64,000 nt of DNA from the human T2T-CHM13v2.0 reference genome, Homo sapiens: the NCBI RefSeq assembly GCF_009914755.1, contig NC_060926.1; one strand, 5' to 3'. The position numbers and the translations under genes were made by a program. Below the pieces are notes generated by a model that saw only the letters and a list, made by a program, of their open reading frames with translations, ran no database searches and was not told the origin of the DNA. How positions within the stretch are numbered: the stretch's first letter is position 1; every line of letters starts with the position of its first letter. Positions 13,785 through 28,120 of this stretch are shown here, piece by piece.

Positions 13785-15104
13785 CAGGGCAGGTTCTAGT
13801 CTGTAGTGTTATTTCCTGCCTGAACCCAAGTTCCAGTTTCTTTACATGACGTGCCAATAAATCTCTGCTTCATGGCCCCCCAATAGAAGAGGTAAGACAG
13901 AAGCAGCCCATTGGTCTTCAAGACATATTGTCATCTGTCACATCAGGATGCCCCTAGGGAGTCTTAAATCCAGAGAAACATGGGAGTAGTCATTTCACAT
14001 CTTAAGACCCCTTGATGAGAAAAACCTCATTACCATGTGTACACAGTAGCTGATATTTTACACAGACTAACTGGCCTGTTTTCATGCGTTTTAAATACCC
14101 AAAGGTATCCCACCTACATGAGGAGCTGAAGGCCTACAAACTGTGATCATAAAAAAAGTCTGCACACTACACAAGTGCTAAAGAGCACCTGAAACCACTT
14201 TGTGTCTATTTGTTTTGTCCCCTAATATGCACACTGGTATATTAGTGTTTCTTTTGAATTACCCTGGGTTTGGATATTATACACCCAAGTTTTAGTTCAA
14301 ATTGAGTTTTCACAGCTGGATTATAAACCAGTGGAAATGTTGACCCAGCACCAACTATATCATTCCAAACAGGTGTTGCTTTAATTAGCTTTATCGTAAA
14401 GCAAAAATTAAAAATTAAAGGAAAACATTTCAATGTGCCTAAGAGTTTCTTATGGTCTTACAGGGAACAGGCAAATTGTTGAGGACTTTCAAGCCTTATC
14501 TCCTTTTCTCAGAGGTTCTCTGAAAAATTCAGCAACACTTCTGAAACTATAATAACACCCCAATGCTTTAAGACGAGAAAACATCTGGCTACCCTGGCAT
14601 TTTTGCCAGTGAAGGAGAAAGTTTTTAAATGAAGGGAGAGTGGATTCAAAGTCCATTCCCCTAAGTCTTAGATGTCTTACCTCAGGCAGTGAGAAGACAG
14701 AAAGGTAAGGCTTGGGATGTTACTACTAATCTGAAAGGAGATTATCACTATATTCCATGCAAAGACAAAGAAGTTCTGTGTAATTTCAATTCAATGCAAA
14801 AAGCATGGCTACTGTGTACTTACTAGAAAGGTGGAAGAGAGGTTGCAGAACTCCTACCCCCAAGATGTATTCAAGTTCATTGTCTCACACACAAGAAGCC
14901 ATTTATAGAACAAATTAAACTTGCGTATGAATTAGCTCAGGTGTGTCAACCTTTCAGCCAGAAAGCATACACTTCCTCTGGATGTTTAGGATGACTTTCT
15001 GGAAGAGGAAGCAGAGTGAGAGGCTAGGTTAGGAGATTGACTGTGTAGAAAGGAGACAGTGGAACAGCTCGGGCTGGGGAGACTGCATGAGTACAGACAG
15101 GGAG

Positions 15105-15270
15105 CAGTGGTTCTCCATCTTCAGCCCCCCGGAGGGCTGCTTACAACAGGTCCCAGGGCCCCCAGAGACTGATTCAGTGGATTTGACATGGGGTCCAACA
15201 ATGTGTATTTTAACAGGTTCTCCGTTGTTGCAGACACTGCTGTTCTGAGGACAACATTTGAGAAACACTG
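15105..15270. mobile_element. MER5A hAT-Charlie MITE
   Basis: TIRs cagtggttctc...tttgagaaacactg, with internal gattcagtggatttgacatggggtccaacaatgtgtattttaacagg. Confidence 0.8.
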
Positions 15271-16100
15271 GCATAGAGAAAGGATTGTGCAAGGATGTCA
15301 GGATTTGAGTGCAGGTGCTTGGTTTAGCTGTAAGAGAATTTGCATAGAAGAGTGGAGAAAATGGTTTCTTAAACAAATAAAAACTAACTTGTTTGTTGAT
15401 GATGTGAAATAATCACTTTTTAATCTAAAAATAAAAATAAAAGTTAGTAATTCTCAATGTAACCTTCTTTCCAGACACCCAATGTGTCTGGTTCACTTTT
15501 CTCAAAGGAAAGAGGGAAAAAAATTATCTACTGAGCGTTACGCATGCTGCTGTACCCATTTTATCTCATTTAGTCCCCATGAAAAGGTAGCTGCAATAAA
15601 AATAATCACAATAGTAATAATGACAATGGCTACTATTTACTTTGCATCAACTAAGCGTTTCGCTTGCCTTCTAAATGTACCCTTGCAGGCACAGGTTGCA
15701 TCTTCAATGAGATGAAGAGAGGTTTTGTTACTCTTAAACACTGTATCTTCTCACAGAGACAAAATCTTCTTTCTTCCTCTCTCCCAGAAAACTGCCAACT
15801 TCTCTAACCCTTTCTATTACCCAGATTATGGTTTCAGCTCTTTTGAGATACAAGGAACATAGAAATGCTAAAGTACCTTAAGTGACAGAGACATCATGAC
15901 ACTATAAAGAGAAGAAATAAAATAGGGCAGACCACACAGCTGGGTCTCTTGGAAACAGAACAGCATTCATAGTTGGAGAGCTGTCTGATGATACTCTCAA
16001 CCTGTCTCCTCAGAAGTGCCATCCATTGTTCTCTACCGTGAAGGCCCACAATTCTTCTGAAGCAGCTTCTTTCTCTGATGCCTCTCTTCTCTGCTCTCCT

Positions 16101-16101
<1 letters not shown>

Positions 16102-16134
<33 letters not shown>
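16102..16134. repeat. (GT)16 microsatellite
   Basis: Pure GT run read directly. Confidence 0.97.
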
Positions 16135-16135
<1 letters not shown>

Positions 16136-16260
16136 CAACCGCACCCCCACAAGAGAAAGAATCTGATTGGTTACCAGTCACCATTCAACATGGGGCACCT
16201 CTATCAGGCAGTTGTTGTACCACAATTCCTAACGAGCTGTTGGTCCAGCCTGTAGAGCAG

Positions 16261-16608
16261 CAGCACTGTCCAACAGAAATATAATGCCAGTGACAATTAC
16301 AAGCAACATATGTAATTTTTAATTTTCTAGTAACTACTTTAAGAAAGTAAACTGAAAAAGGTGGAACTAACTGTAATAACATTTCATCTAACCCAGCATA
16401 TCTAAATTTATATTTTAACATGTGTTGAGTAAAAAAAAATTAGTAATATGTTTTACTTCTTTTTTATATACTAAGTCTTTGAAATCCTGTGTGTATTTTA
16501 TACTTGGACCATAACTTAATTCAGATTAGCCACATTTCCAGTGCTCAGTAGCCACATTTTCAGTGTTCAATAGCCACATGTGGCTAGTGCCTACTACACA
16601 GAACAGTA
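16261..16608. mobile_element. MER33 hAT-Charlie element
   Basis: cagcactgtccaacagaaatataatg...ctaagtctttgaaatcctgtgtgtattttatactt...tagccacatgtggctagtg. Confidence 0.85.
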
Positions 16609-17129
16609 TATTAAGTTGTTTTTGGCCAGAGGACTAACCTTCAGTTGCAACCATTATTGGTCAGAATAACAGGATCAAATGATATAATATGCTGAGAGAA
16701 CTACCCCCATTTGCTTCATGAAGGTATTAAGGGCAAGAAGGGCATTCGGGGTCCCACAATCCATTCTCCTGCTTGTCCAAAGATGGTGTCAGTAGGTCTC
16801 TCCATCAATTAACATAAATAGGCTTCTACCTAAGCTGTACTGGTACTTTTATTCTGGTCTTCCCTACTAATAGACTAGAGACTACCTTTGTCTTTCTCCT
16901 ATTTCCCAGTGATCTGGTAATTACTTTTACTTGAACAGCATTGAGTCTAGTTTTTATGTCACTGCCAAAGTTACCTTCAGCCATTTTTAATTACCCACAT
17001 TCTCATACACATACATGCACCCAGGCTCATATACATTTATTTCTATAAAGCTTGTGATATATTTGCCATATTTTGTAAGCCTTCTGACCATAAAAGATTA
17101 TTCAATAAATTGTATCTCCTCCTATATAC

Positions 17130-17310
17130 ACTTACTTAGTACATACCTCTATGGCAGCATTTATCACTATTATGGTAGAGATGTGTTTATTCTTTCCCCT
17201 TTCAGATAATGCACTCAATAAAGTCACTCTTAAATTCCAAGGGCTTAGCAAAGTATCTTGCACATAAATACCAATAAATATGTGACGGTTGAATAAATAA
17301 ATGAATTATT
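17130..17310 (+). mobile_element. L2 3' end
   Basis: cttagcaaagtatcttgcacataaataccaataaatatgtgacggttgaataaataaatgaat. Confidence 0.6.
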
Positions 17311-18190
17311 ATTTGTCCTGAAAATTCTCAATTGCACCTGATTATAAATGGATAAAGATTTTAGAATGAAGAAAAATTTAAAAGTACATATAAAATCTTG
17401 CATAATCATCTATATAATCTTTTTACCCTGATTATTTGCTTTAGAGAAGAAACTACAAGTTTTGCTTCAAAATAGAATAGGCTCAAAAGGGAAACAAGGT
17501 GTGCAATATGGTGTAACAAGAGCACCATTCAATAAAGAATAAGGTGTTATCCTCTCAGGCATTACAACTACTTTGCTCTATGAATGTAAATAAGTCCCTA
17601 TGCTGTGTTATATTTAATGTTAAAATTAAAGCACTCTGGTTAGTTGATTATAAATGTCCTGTCTATCTATGTCTAACTTTCTATGATTGTAGAAATTCAA
17701 AAGTTGCAGATGAATAACATTTAAAAAAATCTGAGTCAAGGTTTTTATTATTTGCAATGGGAAAGATCTTAACTGATAATGGAATATTTGGTGCTTTGCT
17801 CTGCAATATCTTGTTTATGTCTACATCTCAAATTAGACCAAGTTTTTCATAGCAAAGACATTATGGTGGTATAATTAACAGCTGAAACAGAGAATGGCAC
17901 AGGTTGGATTTGAATAAATGTTTGACTGACTATGAATACATGCGTGAGTAGCCATTACCTGTATCAAATACCCAGGATTGCCTTTGCTAAACAGTTAAAA
18001 GCAGGTGGAATGATGGCCTCTGTTTGGGATATCTTTGTTTCAGACTTAAAGTCTGAAGATAACAAATAAAAAGTTCTAACACTCCCACTTTGTGTCATAT
18101 AGGCAGGAAATTCTTCCAATATATTTATAATTTATTGAGAAAGATATATTGATCTCTTCCATCATGATTGTGAATTTACATATATGTCCT

Positions 18191-18416
18191 TGTTCTCACT
18201 CATAAGTGGGAGTTGAACAATGAGAACACATGGACACAGGGAGGGGAACATCACACACTGAGGCCGGTCAGGAGGTGGGGGGAAAGGGGACGGAAAGCAT
18301 TAGGACAAATACCTAATGCATGCAGGTCTTAAAATCTAGATGATGGGTTGATAGGTGCAAAAAACCACCATGGCACATGTATACCTATGTAACAAACCTG
18401 CACGTTCAGCACATGT
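18191..18416 (+). mobile_element. L1PA (about PA7/8) 3' UTR fragment lacking a poly(A) tail
   Basis: tgttctcactcataagtgggagttgaacaatgagaacacatggacacagggaggggaacatcacacac...aacaaacctgcacgttcagcacatgt. Confidence 0.92.
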
Positions 18417-18611
18417 TCTTTAAATTCCATCAAATTTTGCTGTTTTTGAAGGTATGTTATTAAGTGTAAGCAAATTTCAAATTGTTACACTATAATAGTG
18501 GATTAATCATTTTATCAGTAAGAAATGGATTTATCTGTATAATGCTTCTTGCCTTAGAGAAGATTGGTAATAGTGTAGCCATATCATCTTTCTTTTGATT
18601 AAGGTTTGCAT

Positions 18612-18708
18612 CAGTGGTGTAAATGTTAAAACAAAGTTTTAACAGTCAAAATTTCTGAATGTTTCACAACCTTTCAAGCCCTTAATAGCTGGCTCCAGTA
18701 TACTACTG
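18612..18708 (-). mobile_element. Internally deleted hAT MITE (MER63-like) with 8-bp TSD
   Basis: Termini cagtggtgt...tactactg. TSD gtttgcat (18604-18611) / gtttgcct (18709-18716). Confidence 0.6.
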
Positions 18709-18825
18709 GTTTGCCTAATATAGCTTTTCCATACTTTTACTTTCAATAGTTTTGCCTCCTTATATTTAAAGTGCATCTCCTCTGAGCAGTATATGGTTGG
18801 ACTTTTTACAAAATCTAGCTTAATC

Positions 18826-19128
18826 TTTTTTGTTTGTTTGTTTTCTCAAGGAAAACTCTCACTCTATCACCTAGGCTGGAGTGCAGCAGCATAATCATAG
18901 CTCACTGTAGCCTTGACCTCCAGGGCTCAAGTGATCCTTCCACCTCAACCTCTCAAGTAGTTGGAACTACACATGTATACCATTATGCCCACCTAATTTG
19001 TTATTTTATTTTTTTGTAGAGATGGGGTCTTGCTGTGCTGCCCAGGCTGGCCTTGAACTCCTTGGCTCAACCGATCCTCTTGCCTCAGCCGCCCAAAGTG
19101 CTGGGATTACAGGTGTGAGCCTCTGGCC
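18826..19128 (-). mobile_element. AluJ
   Basis: Antisense dimer with J-type features (ataatcatagctcactgtagccttgacctcc, gggctcaagtgatcc). Confidence 0.93.
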
Positions 19129-19481
19129 TACTTTAGTCTTTTAATTAGGATATATAGGCCATTTACATTTAATGGAACTACTAAAATATTTAGGTTTATA
19201 TTAATATCTGTTTTTTCATCTTTCACATTAATTTTGATCCCCTTTTCTCCTTTTTTGGCCTTTCTTTGGCTTAATCAAGTATTCCCTATGACCTATTACC
19301 ACTTCTATTAGCTCATTAAGTAAACATTCATTTAGTTTTGTTTCAGTGGTTATCTTGAAGACTACAGTGTGCATTTTTTTATTTATTAGAAACTAATACA
19401 AATTTGTGCTTCTACCACTTCACTGATGTTGAAAGAGCCTTGGAAATCTTGAACTTTTGAATGTTGAGATTTAAAAGGCCC

Positions 19482-20041
19482 TGTATCTGGGGTCCTCCAA
19501 GACTATCCCAAGTTTTTATTACTCACTAGGAGGATTCACAGAACTCAGAATATAGTTATGCTAATAGCTATGATTGATTACAGCAAAATGATACAAAACA
19601 AAATCAGCAAAGGGAAAATGTACATATAGCAGAGTTCGGAGGGAACTAGACACAACCTTCCAAGAGTCCTTTCCCAGTGGAATTATATAAGAAGTGCTTA
19701 ATTCCTGTAGCAACAAGTTGTAACAACACTTGTCAAATGCTTGTCTACCAGGAAAGCTCATTAGAGACTTACCACCCAGGGTATTTATTAAATATTGGTC
19801 ATATAGACAACTTCCGTCTAGCATGTACCAAAATTTCAGACTTCCAGAAGGAAACTAGGTGTTCAGCATAAACCATATGGTTCACACAAACTCTTTACAC
19901 ACAGTGAGCCACTACTATTGGCTCAGGAAATGGTGGGAACCCTACTAAAATCCAAGTTTCCAAATGCAGAGGCAACCTTGCAAGCAGGCCTTTCTAATGA
20001 TAGCAGTCTAAGGACTGTTATATTAGTTCTTCTATTGCACA
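19482..20041 (-). mobile_element. MER21B-like LTR
   Basis: ggggtcctccaagac...caaaatcagcaaagggaaaa...caaccttgcaagcaggcctttctaatgatagcagtct...tgcaca. Confidence 0.85.
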
Positions 20042-20622
20042 ACCCTCTGTATCCTTCCTGTTATTGTTACCATATATTTTATTTCTACATACATTGTAAA
20101 TCTCATTAAATATTATTGTTATTTTTTTTCTGGTGTCAATATTAATTTAGATTTACCCATATATTTAACCATTCTATTGTTCTTCATTTCTTCTTGCATT
20201 TTCTGTGTTTCTGACTGAAAGATTCCCTTAAGTATTTCCTGCAGGGAAACGAGTCAGGAATGAGTTCTCTCAGCTTTTGTCAGGAATACCTTTATTTGTT
20301 ATTTGTTTTTGAGTATTTTTTTTACTGGCTATAGAATTCTGACAGCTTTTATTTTGTTTCAGCACTTTAGAGCTATCATTCCATTGTCACATAGTTCCCT
20401 TCATTTCTGTTGAGAAGTGAACTGTTAAAGTTGCTGTTTCAAAAGTAACATATCATTTTTCCCTTTGGCTATATTTATTATTTTCTCTTTATTTTTTGTT
20501 TTGACAGTTTTACTCCGATATGCCTAGGTTTTGGATTTGCAGTGCTTCTTGAATCAATTCTCAGCCATTTTTCTTCAAGTATTGCCTCTGCCTCATTCTC
20601 TCTTTAATTATGCTAGGTTTAG

Positions 20623-20728
20623 ACTAATGACTCTCAATTTGGAAAATTTTGTCCCTAGGACAAAATATCCATACAACAAATAATTATTTGGCTCAAAATA
20701 CCAATAGTGCAGAGGTTCAGAAACTCTG
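20623..20728 (+). mobile_element. Internally deleted MER20
   Basis: The 3' end acaacaaataattatttggctcaaaataccaatagtgcagaggttcagaaactctg matches the MER20 terminus. Confidence 0.65.
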
Positions 20729-21667
20729 TGTTAAGATTTTTCACCATATTTTATGTGTCTCTGACATTATTTTCTGTAATTCTTATGCTTTTTTTGTCTT
20801 CAGGCTTCACTGTTAATATTTCCTATTAACCTATCTGCTAGCTTACTGAGCTCCTCTTTAGCTCTGTCTAATCTGCTGTTCACCTATTTCTTAATATCAG
20901 ATATTAAAACTTTATTCCTAAAATTTTCCATTTGATTATTTTAAAAAGAATCCAATTCTATAATGAAATTCTTCATATTGCCATCTATTTTATTAAACAT
21001 ATTAATTAAAATTATTTTTAAACTCATATCTAATAATTTGAATATCTGGGTCACATATCTCTTTCTCTTGTTTATTAATTTATTGATCTTATTACTTAGC
21101 ATGCCTAATCATTTTTTGTTGAATGTCAGATATTGTGTGTGAAAATTTTTAATGCTTTGAATAATGCAGTATTCTTTCAGAGGGGATTCAGTCTCCCTTC
21201 TGAAGGCAGGAGGAGACAGATTGTTTCAATCTAATCATAGATGGAACTGACTTGAGACTGATTTGCATCATTGGAAAACTTGGTCTACCTCTGCTTGTAG
21301 AATATAACCTTCCAGTGGTCCCAGCTTAGAGCCTGAAGTGTCTGCAATGACTCCTCCTCTTTTTCAAGTTTTAAACCCAATTTTTAAAAAATTTCTTGGT
21401 ACCATGTGACTGCCAGAGACTGCTCTGCTTTTCGGTTGTTACTGTTTAGCTTTGCAGCCTCTTGCCCTATATAGCTTAATTATCAAATGCCCAGAGAATA
21501 AAAATGGTGCCAAATATCAGGCTCCCTTTTCTGCACCTTTCTTCTCTCCAGGATTTTAGCCCTCACATTTTAGCTGTCTTGGAAATCCAGAATTCCAACC
21601 TTTTGTTCCCTACACCTTATCATTGCCTAAAGCTGTACCACTTCTCTGACCATTAGAAGTGCTCCTC

Positions 21668-22526
<859 letters not shown>

Positions 22527-24838
22527 CTTATCCCATACTAAAAATTGCCAAATGTCCTGACTAGAAAAGCAGGATATTCACCTCACTGAGCTTCCTTTCT
22601 TCCCGTGTGTGGCCCTTTGAGTCCTTGTGTTAGTAGTGCCATCATGCCTTTAGACACTTCTAAAAATCAACCTTCTCTTTTGGTTGTTCCTGGCAAGAGT
22701 TTTAAGTCTGCCACAAACTACTACATCATAGCCAGAAGTATAAGTCTATATTTAGAAATTAGGTTAGACATAAGGAAAATACTTATGTATTATTCTGTGA
22801 CTATTATTGGATACTACACTGAGTCATCAGAGGTAAAAGTAGACTCCTGCCCCATTTAAAAGCTGGAGGAAACTCCCAGGGACCTGCAATAAGTAAAGAG
22901 GCATATATCATAGGGAGGGGTGCAGAAAAAGGGGCAGCAACACAAAATAATTCTTCGTGATTTCTTGTGACTCTATGGATCTCTCAATTCTGCTAATACT
23001 TGAACATTCAGAACGTGGACACAACCATGTGTTTTATTCCTGCAGTTCTCATTTTGGTTTGCACATAATGCAGAGATAGACAATTGCGACCTAAAGTAGA
23101 AGAATGAAAATATAAGAGCTCTATGTTTGCATAATGTCTCCAGTTTGATTATAGTCACGAAATACAGTATATTTGTACTTTTTACTTTAAATCCCATGAG
23201 TGGTCTAAATTTTTTTTAAAAAAATATGTTTTCAGAATAAGGAGATTTAAAAAGGATTTCATATAGTCTAGGAATTTCAACTAAGGTTTTCCAGCAACAT
23301 CACACTCATACCACCTCAGGCATTTGCCAATCTGTTATAAAAGAAAAACCCTATGTGTAGTCACATACAGTCATTGAAAGAGCCTTAGGCATACTTCCTG
23401 TGTAAATTGAGTGTGCATATTAAGTGGGAAGTGAATGGTACATGTGCGAAATCTTGGTTATTCAGTTTAAGGCCCAGAGAGATTATTAACATAGCTTTGC
23501 AGGCTCTGTGCAGCATAGTCAGAGATGACCATTTCCCTGAGATGGATTCAGGTAGAGGGAGCCCTGCCAGGAGGAGGCCTGAACACTGCAGGGGCAGCAG
23601 CCTGCTTCCTTTCTGCAACAGCTTGCTGCCTGGCATTGTTGGGGTTGGGAGTGCAGGGGTGCAGGGGAGACAACAGGCACTTCTGTAAAAGTGGTTCCAG
23701 TGTGTGGTAGGAGACTTTTTTCTCCATCTCCTCCTCTCTGGTCCATCTCTTTCAGATGAGCCCTGAGCCTGTGGGCTTAGAATTTATGAAGCTAATTTGC
23801 AAGGGAGCTTGATGTGGTACTAACAACCCTGAACTGTGGGTTCTGATGCCCTTAGCTAATTATCTGACCTTGGGTTAGTCCTCCCCCTTCTTTGCCTGAT
23901 TGTTCTCTATCCTAAACGAAGAGGTATGAGTGAATGATCCTAACAATCGCATGCAGCTGAAACAGCTTTGGGTTCAGGACTCCCTTTGGACAGTTAAAGA
24001 CTCAGGGCAGCAGGAAAGGCATCTGATTACTTCAGTGGAGTCTTCCCTGTGATGAACTTCTCAATAGGACGGAGCTTTTAGCTTTTCTTCAGCCTTCTGC
24101 CATTCAGCATTTTGCCCTGGAGGTAAAAATATAGTTCTATGTCTTGTGCATTTCTTTTTTTTTTCTCATTTCACCACATAATCCTGAGCATAACTGAAAA
24201 CATAACTCATTATCTACTCAACATCAAAATGTAGGTTACAATTCTTACAATGGTCAGTTTAAAAATTATCTTTCTGTAACACATGCAAAGCTGAGCTCCC
24301 TAGTGTTCCAGTTCAATGTACAATCAATTCAGAAGAGATTGCAAACAATTCTGATTATTTATTGAAGTCTAAGAAAATGGCAAAGAGGTATAACAAAATG
24401 CAACATATAGGAAACAATTCTTCAAAATTTGCTTTAAATCATTATCTTTCCAACGTTCTGCCCATCACAGCATGGTGAAAACAGAGAAAACCTGTTTTCT
24501 CACTGCTTCCGTACTACAAAAAGTGCTCCTAAAATTCAACTCTCAGTGGCTCTCACCTTCCTCTAGCTTTCTGCCATCTTTTCACATTTCTAGGTCTCTG
24601 CTTTCCCCCACCGCTTTGCCCTTCCATAATGTAAGTCAATTCAGCTTGTCTTAGTTTCATTTCAGTCCTCTTTTTGCCAGTTAACCACACTGACACCACA
24701 AACCCCAGGGCCTGGAAGACACAGTAGAACACTCCTTTAGAAGTCTATGCTTGTTTGCTGGCGGTGGGATGGGGGTCAGAAATGGGAACAAGGGTCCAGA
24801 TATATTATTCTTAAAGCCCTTTAAAAGTATCTGTCATA

Positions 24839-25127
24839 GGGTGGGCAATGTGGCACATACCTGTAATCCCAGCACTTTGGGAGGCCAAGGTGGGCAGGTC
24901 ACTCGCACCCAGGAGTTTAAGAGCAACCTGGGCTACATGGTAAAACCCTGTCTCTACAAAAAATACAAACACTAGCTGAGCATTGGTGCTGCATGCCTGT
25001 AGTTCCAGCCACTTTGGAGGCCAAGGTGGGAGGATCGCTTGAGCCCAAGAGGTCAAGGCTGCAGTGAGCCATGATCATGCCACTGTACTTCAGCCTGGGC
25101 AACAGAGTGAGACCCTGTCTCAAAAAA
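24839..25127 (+). mobile_element. AluJ
   Basis: Dimer with gaggatcgcttgagcccaagaggtcaaggctgcagtgagccatgatcatgcc. Confidence 0.93.
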
Positions 25128-25195
25128 TATATCTATCTGCCTATCATATTTGTGTTATGACAGCTCATTAATAGTTTTTTTAAAAAGCTACAAGG

Positions 25196-25621
25196 TAACA
25201 AAAATTCTTTTTGGCCACACTTTACTGCTCATTTGCTTATAAAATCCACTTTTAGCAAAGAACCCTGCTAAATCAGTTTAGCAAGAACCCTCACCTTCAC
25301 TATCTCATCACCCTGGATAGGTGTTCAGTTTCCTCATCCTCCATCCACCATCCCCAGGTGATGTCTGATCACCCTGGCCTGCCTTCAGCAAGAATTCTCT
25401 TAAGTCAATTTAGCCACAGTCCCCCTTACCCCTGATGTTTCCTCTTGGTAATGTTCTATCCTCTGACCTCCACCCTGCTCCTTGGCTATAAAGTTCCACT
25501 TGCCCACGCTGCATTTGGAATTGAACCCAAGACCCCATTGCAGTGGTCCCTGTGATTATCACGATGGTGCTAAATAGTCTTACTTTGCTTTAACAGTATC
25601 ATTGAATCATGTTTTTTAGCA
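25196..25621 (+). mobile_element. MER31-like ERV1 LTR
   Basis: gaaccctgctaaatcagtttagcaagaacc...gatgtctgatcaccctggcctgccttcagcaagaat...ccttggctataaa, flanked by aagg / aagc. Confidence 0.8.
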
Positions 25622-25623
25622 AA

Positions 25624-25953
25624 GCCACAGACCAGTACAGGTCCATGGCCTGTTAGGAACTGTGCCACACAGCAGGAGGTGAACAGTGGGCAAGTGAGCA
25701 TGACCGCTTGAGCTCTGCCTTCTGTCAGATCAGCAGAGGCATTAGATTCTCATAGGAGCCGAAAGACTATTGTGAACTGCGCATGCGAGGGATCCAGATT
25801 GTGTGCTCCATATGGGAATCTAAAGCCTGATAATCTGAGGTGGAAGAGCTTCATCCCTCAAACCATCCCCCTCCCCCTGCAACTGCCCCCAGTCCATGGA
25901 AAAATGTTCTTCCATGAAACCAGTCCCTGGAGCCATAAAGTTGGGGACTGCTG
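25624..25953 (+). mobile_element. MER1B hAT-Charlie element (left TIR missing)
   Basis: gccacagaccagtacaggtccatggcctgttaggaac...gattctcataggagc...aagttggggactgctg. Confidence 0.88.
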
Positions 25954-25954
25954 C

Positions 25955-26070
25955 ATTAGGGAACTCAGGTGCAGAAAGGTTAAATCACTTGCCCAACTAC
26001 TTACACTGATAGGGTGAGAACTTGACTCTAGGTATTTTGATTTCAAATTCCAGAAATTTACCACCTCACT
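25955..26070 (-). mobile_element. MIR fragment
   Basis: ggaactcaggtgcagaaaggttaaatcacttgccca. Confidence 0.6.
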
Positions 26071-26151
26071 GAACTTCCCCTAACTTTATTATTTTTCTTT
26101 TCACATGCACACAAACATACATGGATGTGTGAGCATGCTCATGCAAGCATG

Positions 26152-26175
26152 CACACACACACACACACACACACA
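26152..26175. repeat. (CA)12 microsatellite
   Basis: Read directly. Confidence 0.93.
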
Positions 26176-27559
26176 GACACAGAAACTAATTGAAACACAG
26201 CCAGATATTATTACATATGTTCAGAGTGTTCTATATATGTACACACAATCATGTATTAAATAAACGAAATCCACATAGCCTCTCAGTTTCTGTTTCTAGA
26301 AGAAGCCCTGACCTTATAACAGAATAAATACTACTGCTGGGTCAGAGAAATGGAGCTAGCCTCATGCTTCCCCCTGCACTGACATGCTTTGTTTTTCAAA
26401 GCAATTTCCATTTACATTACTATTATTTTCATTGTCTTGATCATCCAAACCTCAAAGGAAAGAGGCTAATGATATTCCCCTAGCCCCCACTCCTCACACT
26501 CATGCTGAGAATGGAAGCAGCTCAGATTGACTGAATTGACTCTGCAAACCCTTCAGGAACATTAATGGAGTTGCTACTATAAACAGCTGGAGTTGCCATT
26601 TGCATCTCACTCTGTCTTCCTTTTTTTCCTTAAAAAAATTTTTTTAGAAAAGCACCCACAACACCCTGGGGGAATTTTCCGGGACAAGTTGCAGGTGCTA
26701 TGGATATGTTCATTTAATAATCATTCTTGCAATTCAGCACATTTGTAATCCATGTGGTAAACTCTGACTTACATTTCTCCCAGTGGACACCGGCCAGATG
26801 CAGAAACCAAAGAGCTTGGTGCCGGTACTGCCTCTTCCTTCTTTTATAGTTTGTGCATTTGGATGTGTTTAGCATGATCTGCGAGTGCAGGGTAAGGAAT
26901 GTGCTGTGCTTAAAAGACCCTTTTGTTGACATTAAGCAATCATAAATATATGCAGCACTTATATGCCTTGCCTTTAGTGTGGAGTGCTTTAATTGGATGG
27001 TCTTCTCATGTGATATCATAAAGAACATATGCATATTTGTGGCAATTCCATTGGATCTTGAAGAAGCGAGGCACATACAGAGCAGCACATTCCTAACATC
27101 TATGGATTGCCTCATATATGTCACCACATCTTCCCACCAGGCTTGCTTTCCCTACACTCCAAGATGGTAACTTCCCAATCTGTCCAAATTCTATTTGGAA
27201 TCCTCCTGGACTGTGTAAATGTCAAGGCCAGTTTCCTTTCCATGTGAACAGCTTTGAAAGGAGAACTGCATGCCTTACTCCCTCATAAATACAAGCCAGA
27301 GCATCTTCTTTTTTTTTCTAAGAGGAGGAGGGAATGAAAGGGGGTGTTTGGCCAAAAGTTAAAAAAGAAATCCCTTTTCAAGAATGACGTTCTCCTTATT
27401 TTCACCACATAAACAAAATGTTTAAGCCTGCACAGAGCCAGGTTTCAAATAGTGGATTTTTCTGGATAAGTCATTCTGCTGCTGCACTAAGATACAATCT
27501 CTTAAGGCAGCAAACTCCATCAGGGGGCAAACGTCACCACCTGCATGCCTGGGAGAGGG

Positions 27560-28120
<561 letters not shown>

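Larger units (their letters stand above)
18130..21600 (-). mobile_element. Old L1M(E) fossil hosting nested L1PA, MER63-like, AluJ, MER21B and MER20 insertions
   Basis: T-rich antisense L1ME motifs (atgattgtgaattt, tttaaagtgcatctcctctgagcagtatatggttgg, ggctatagaattctgac, ttctgttgagaagt) continue across the insertions. Confidence 0.7.

Noticed and set aside
16527-16586. tagccacatgtggcta palindrome and repeated tagccacattt units
   Set aside because: The palindrome is a normal MER33/MER3 feature, and the extra 22-bp unit is a trivial slippage duplication.
26714-27127. 137-aa minus-strand ORF in unique DNA
   Set aside because: No recognisable domain, promoter or splice context, and ORFs of this length occur by chance in 64 kb.
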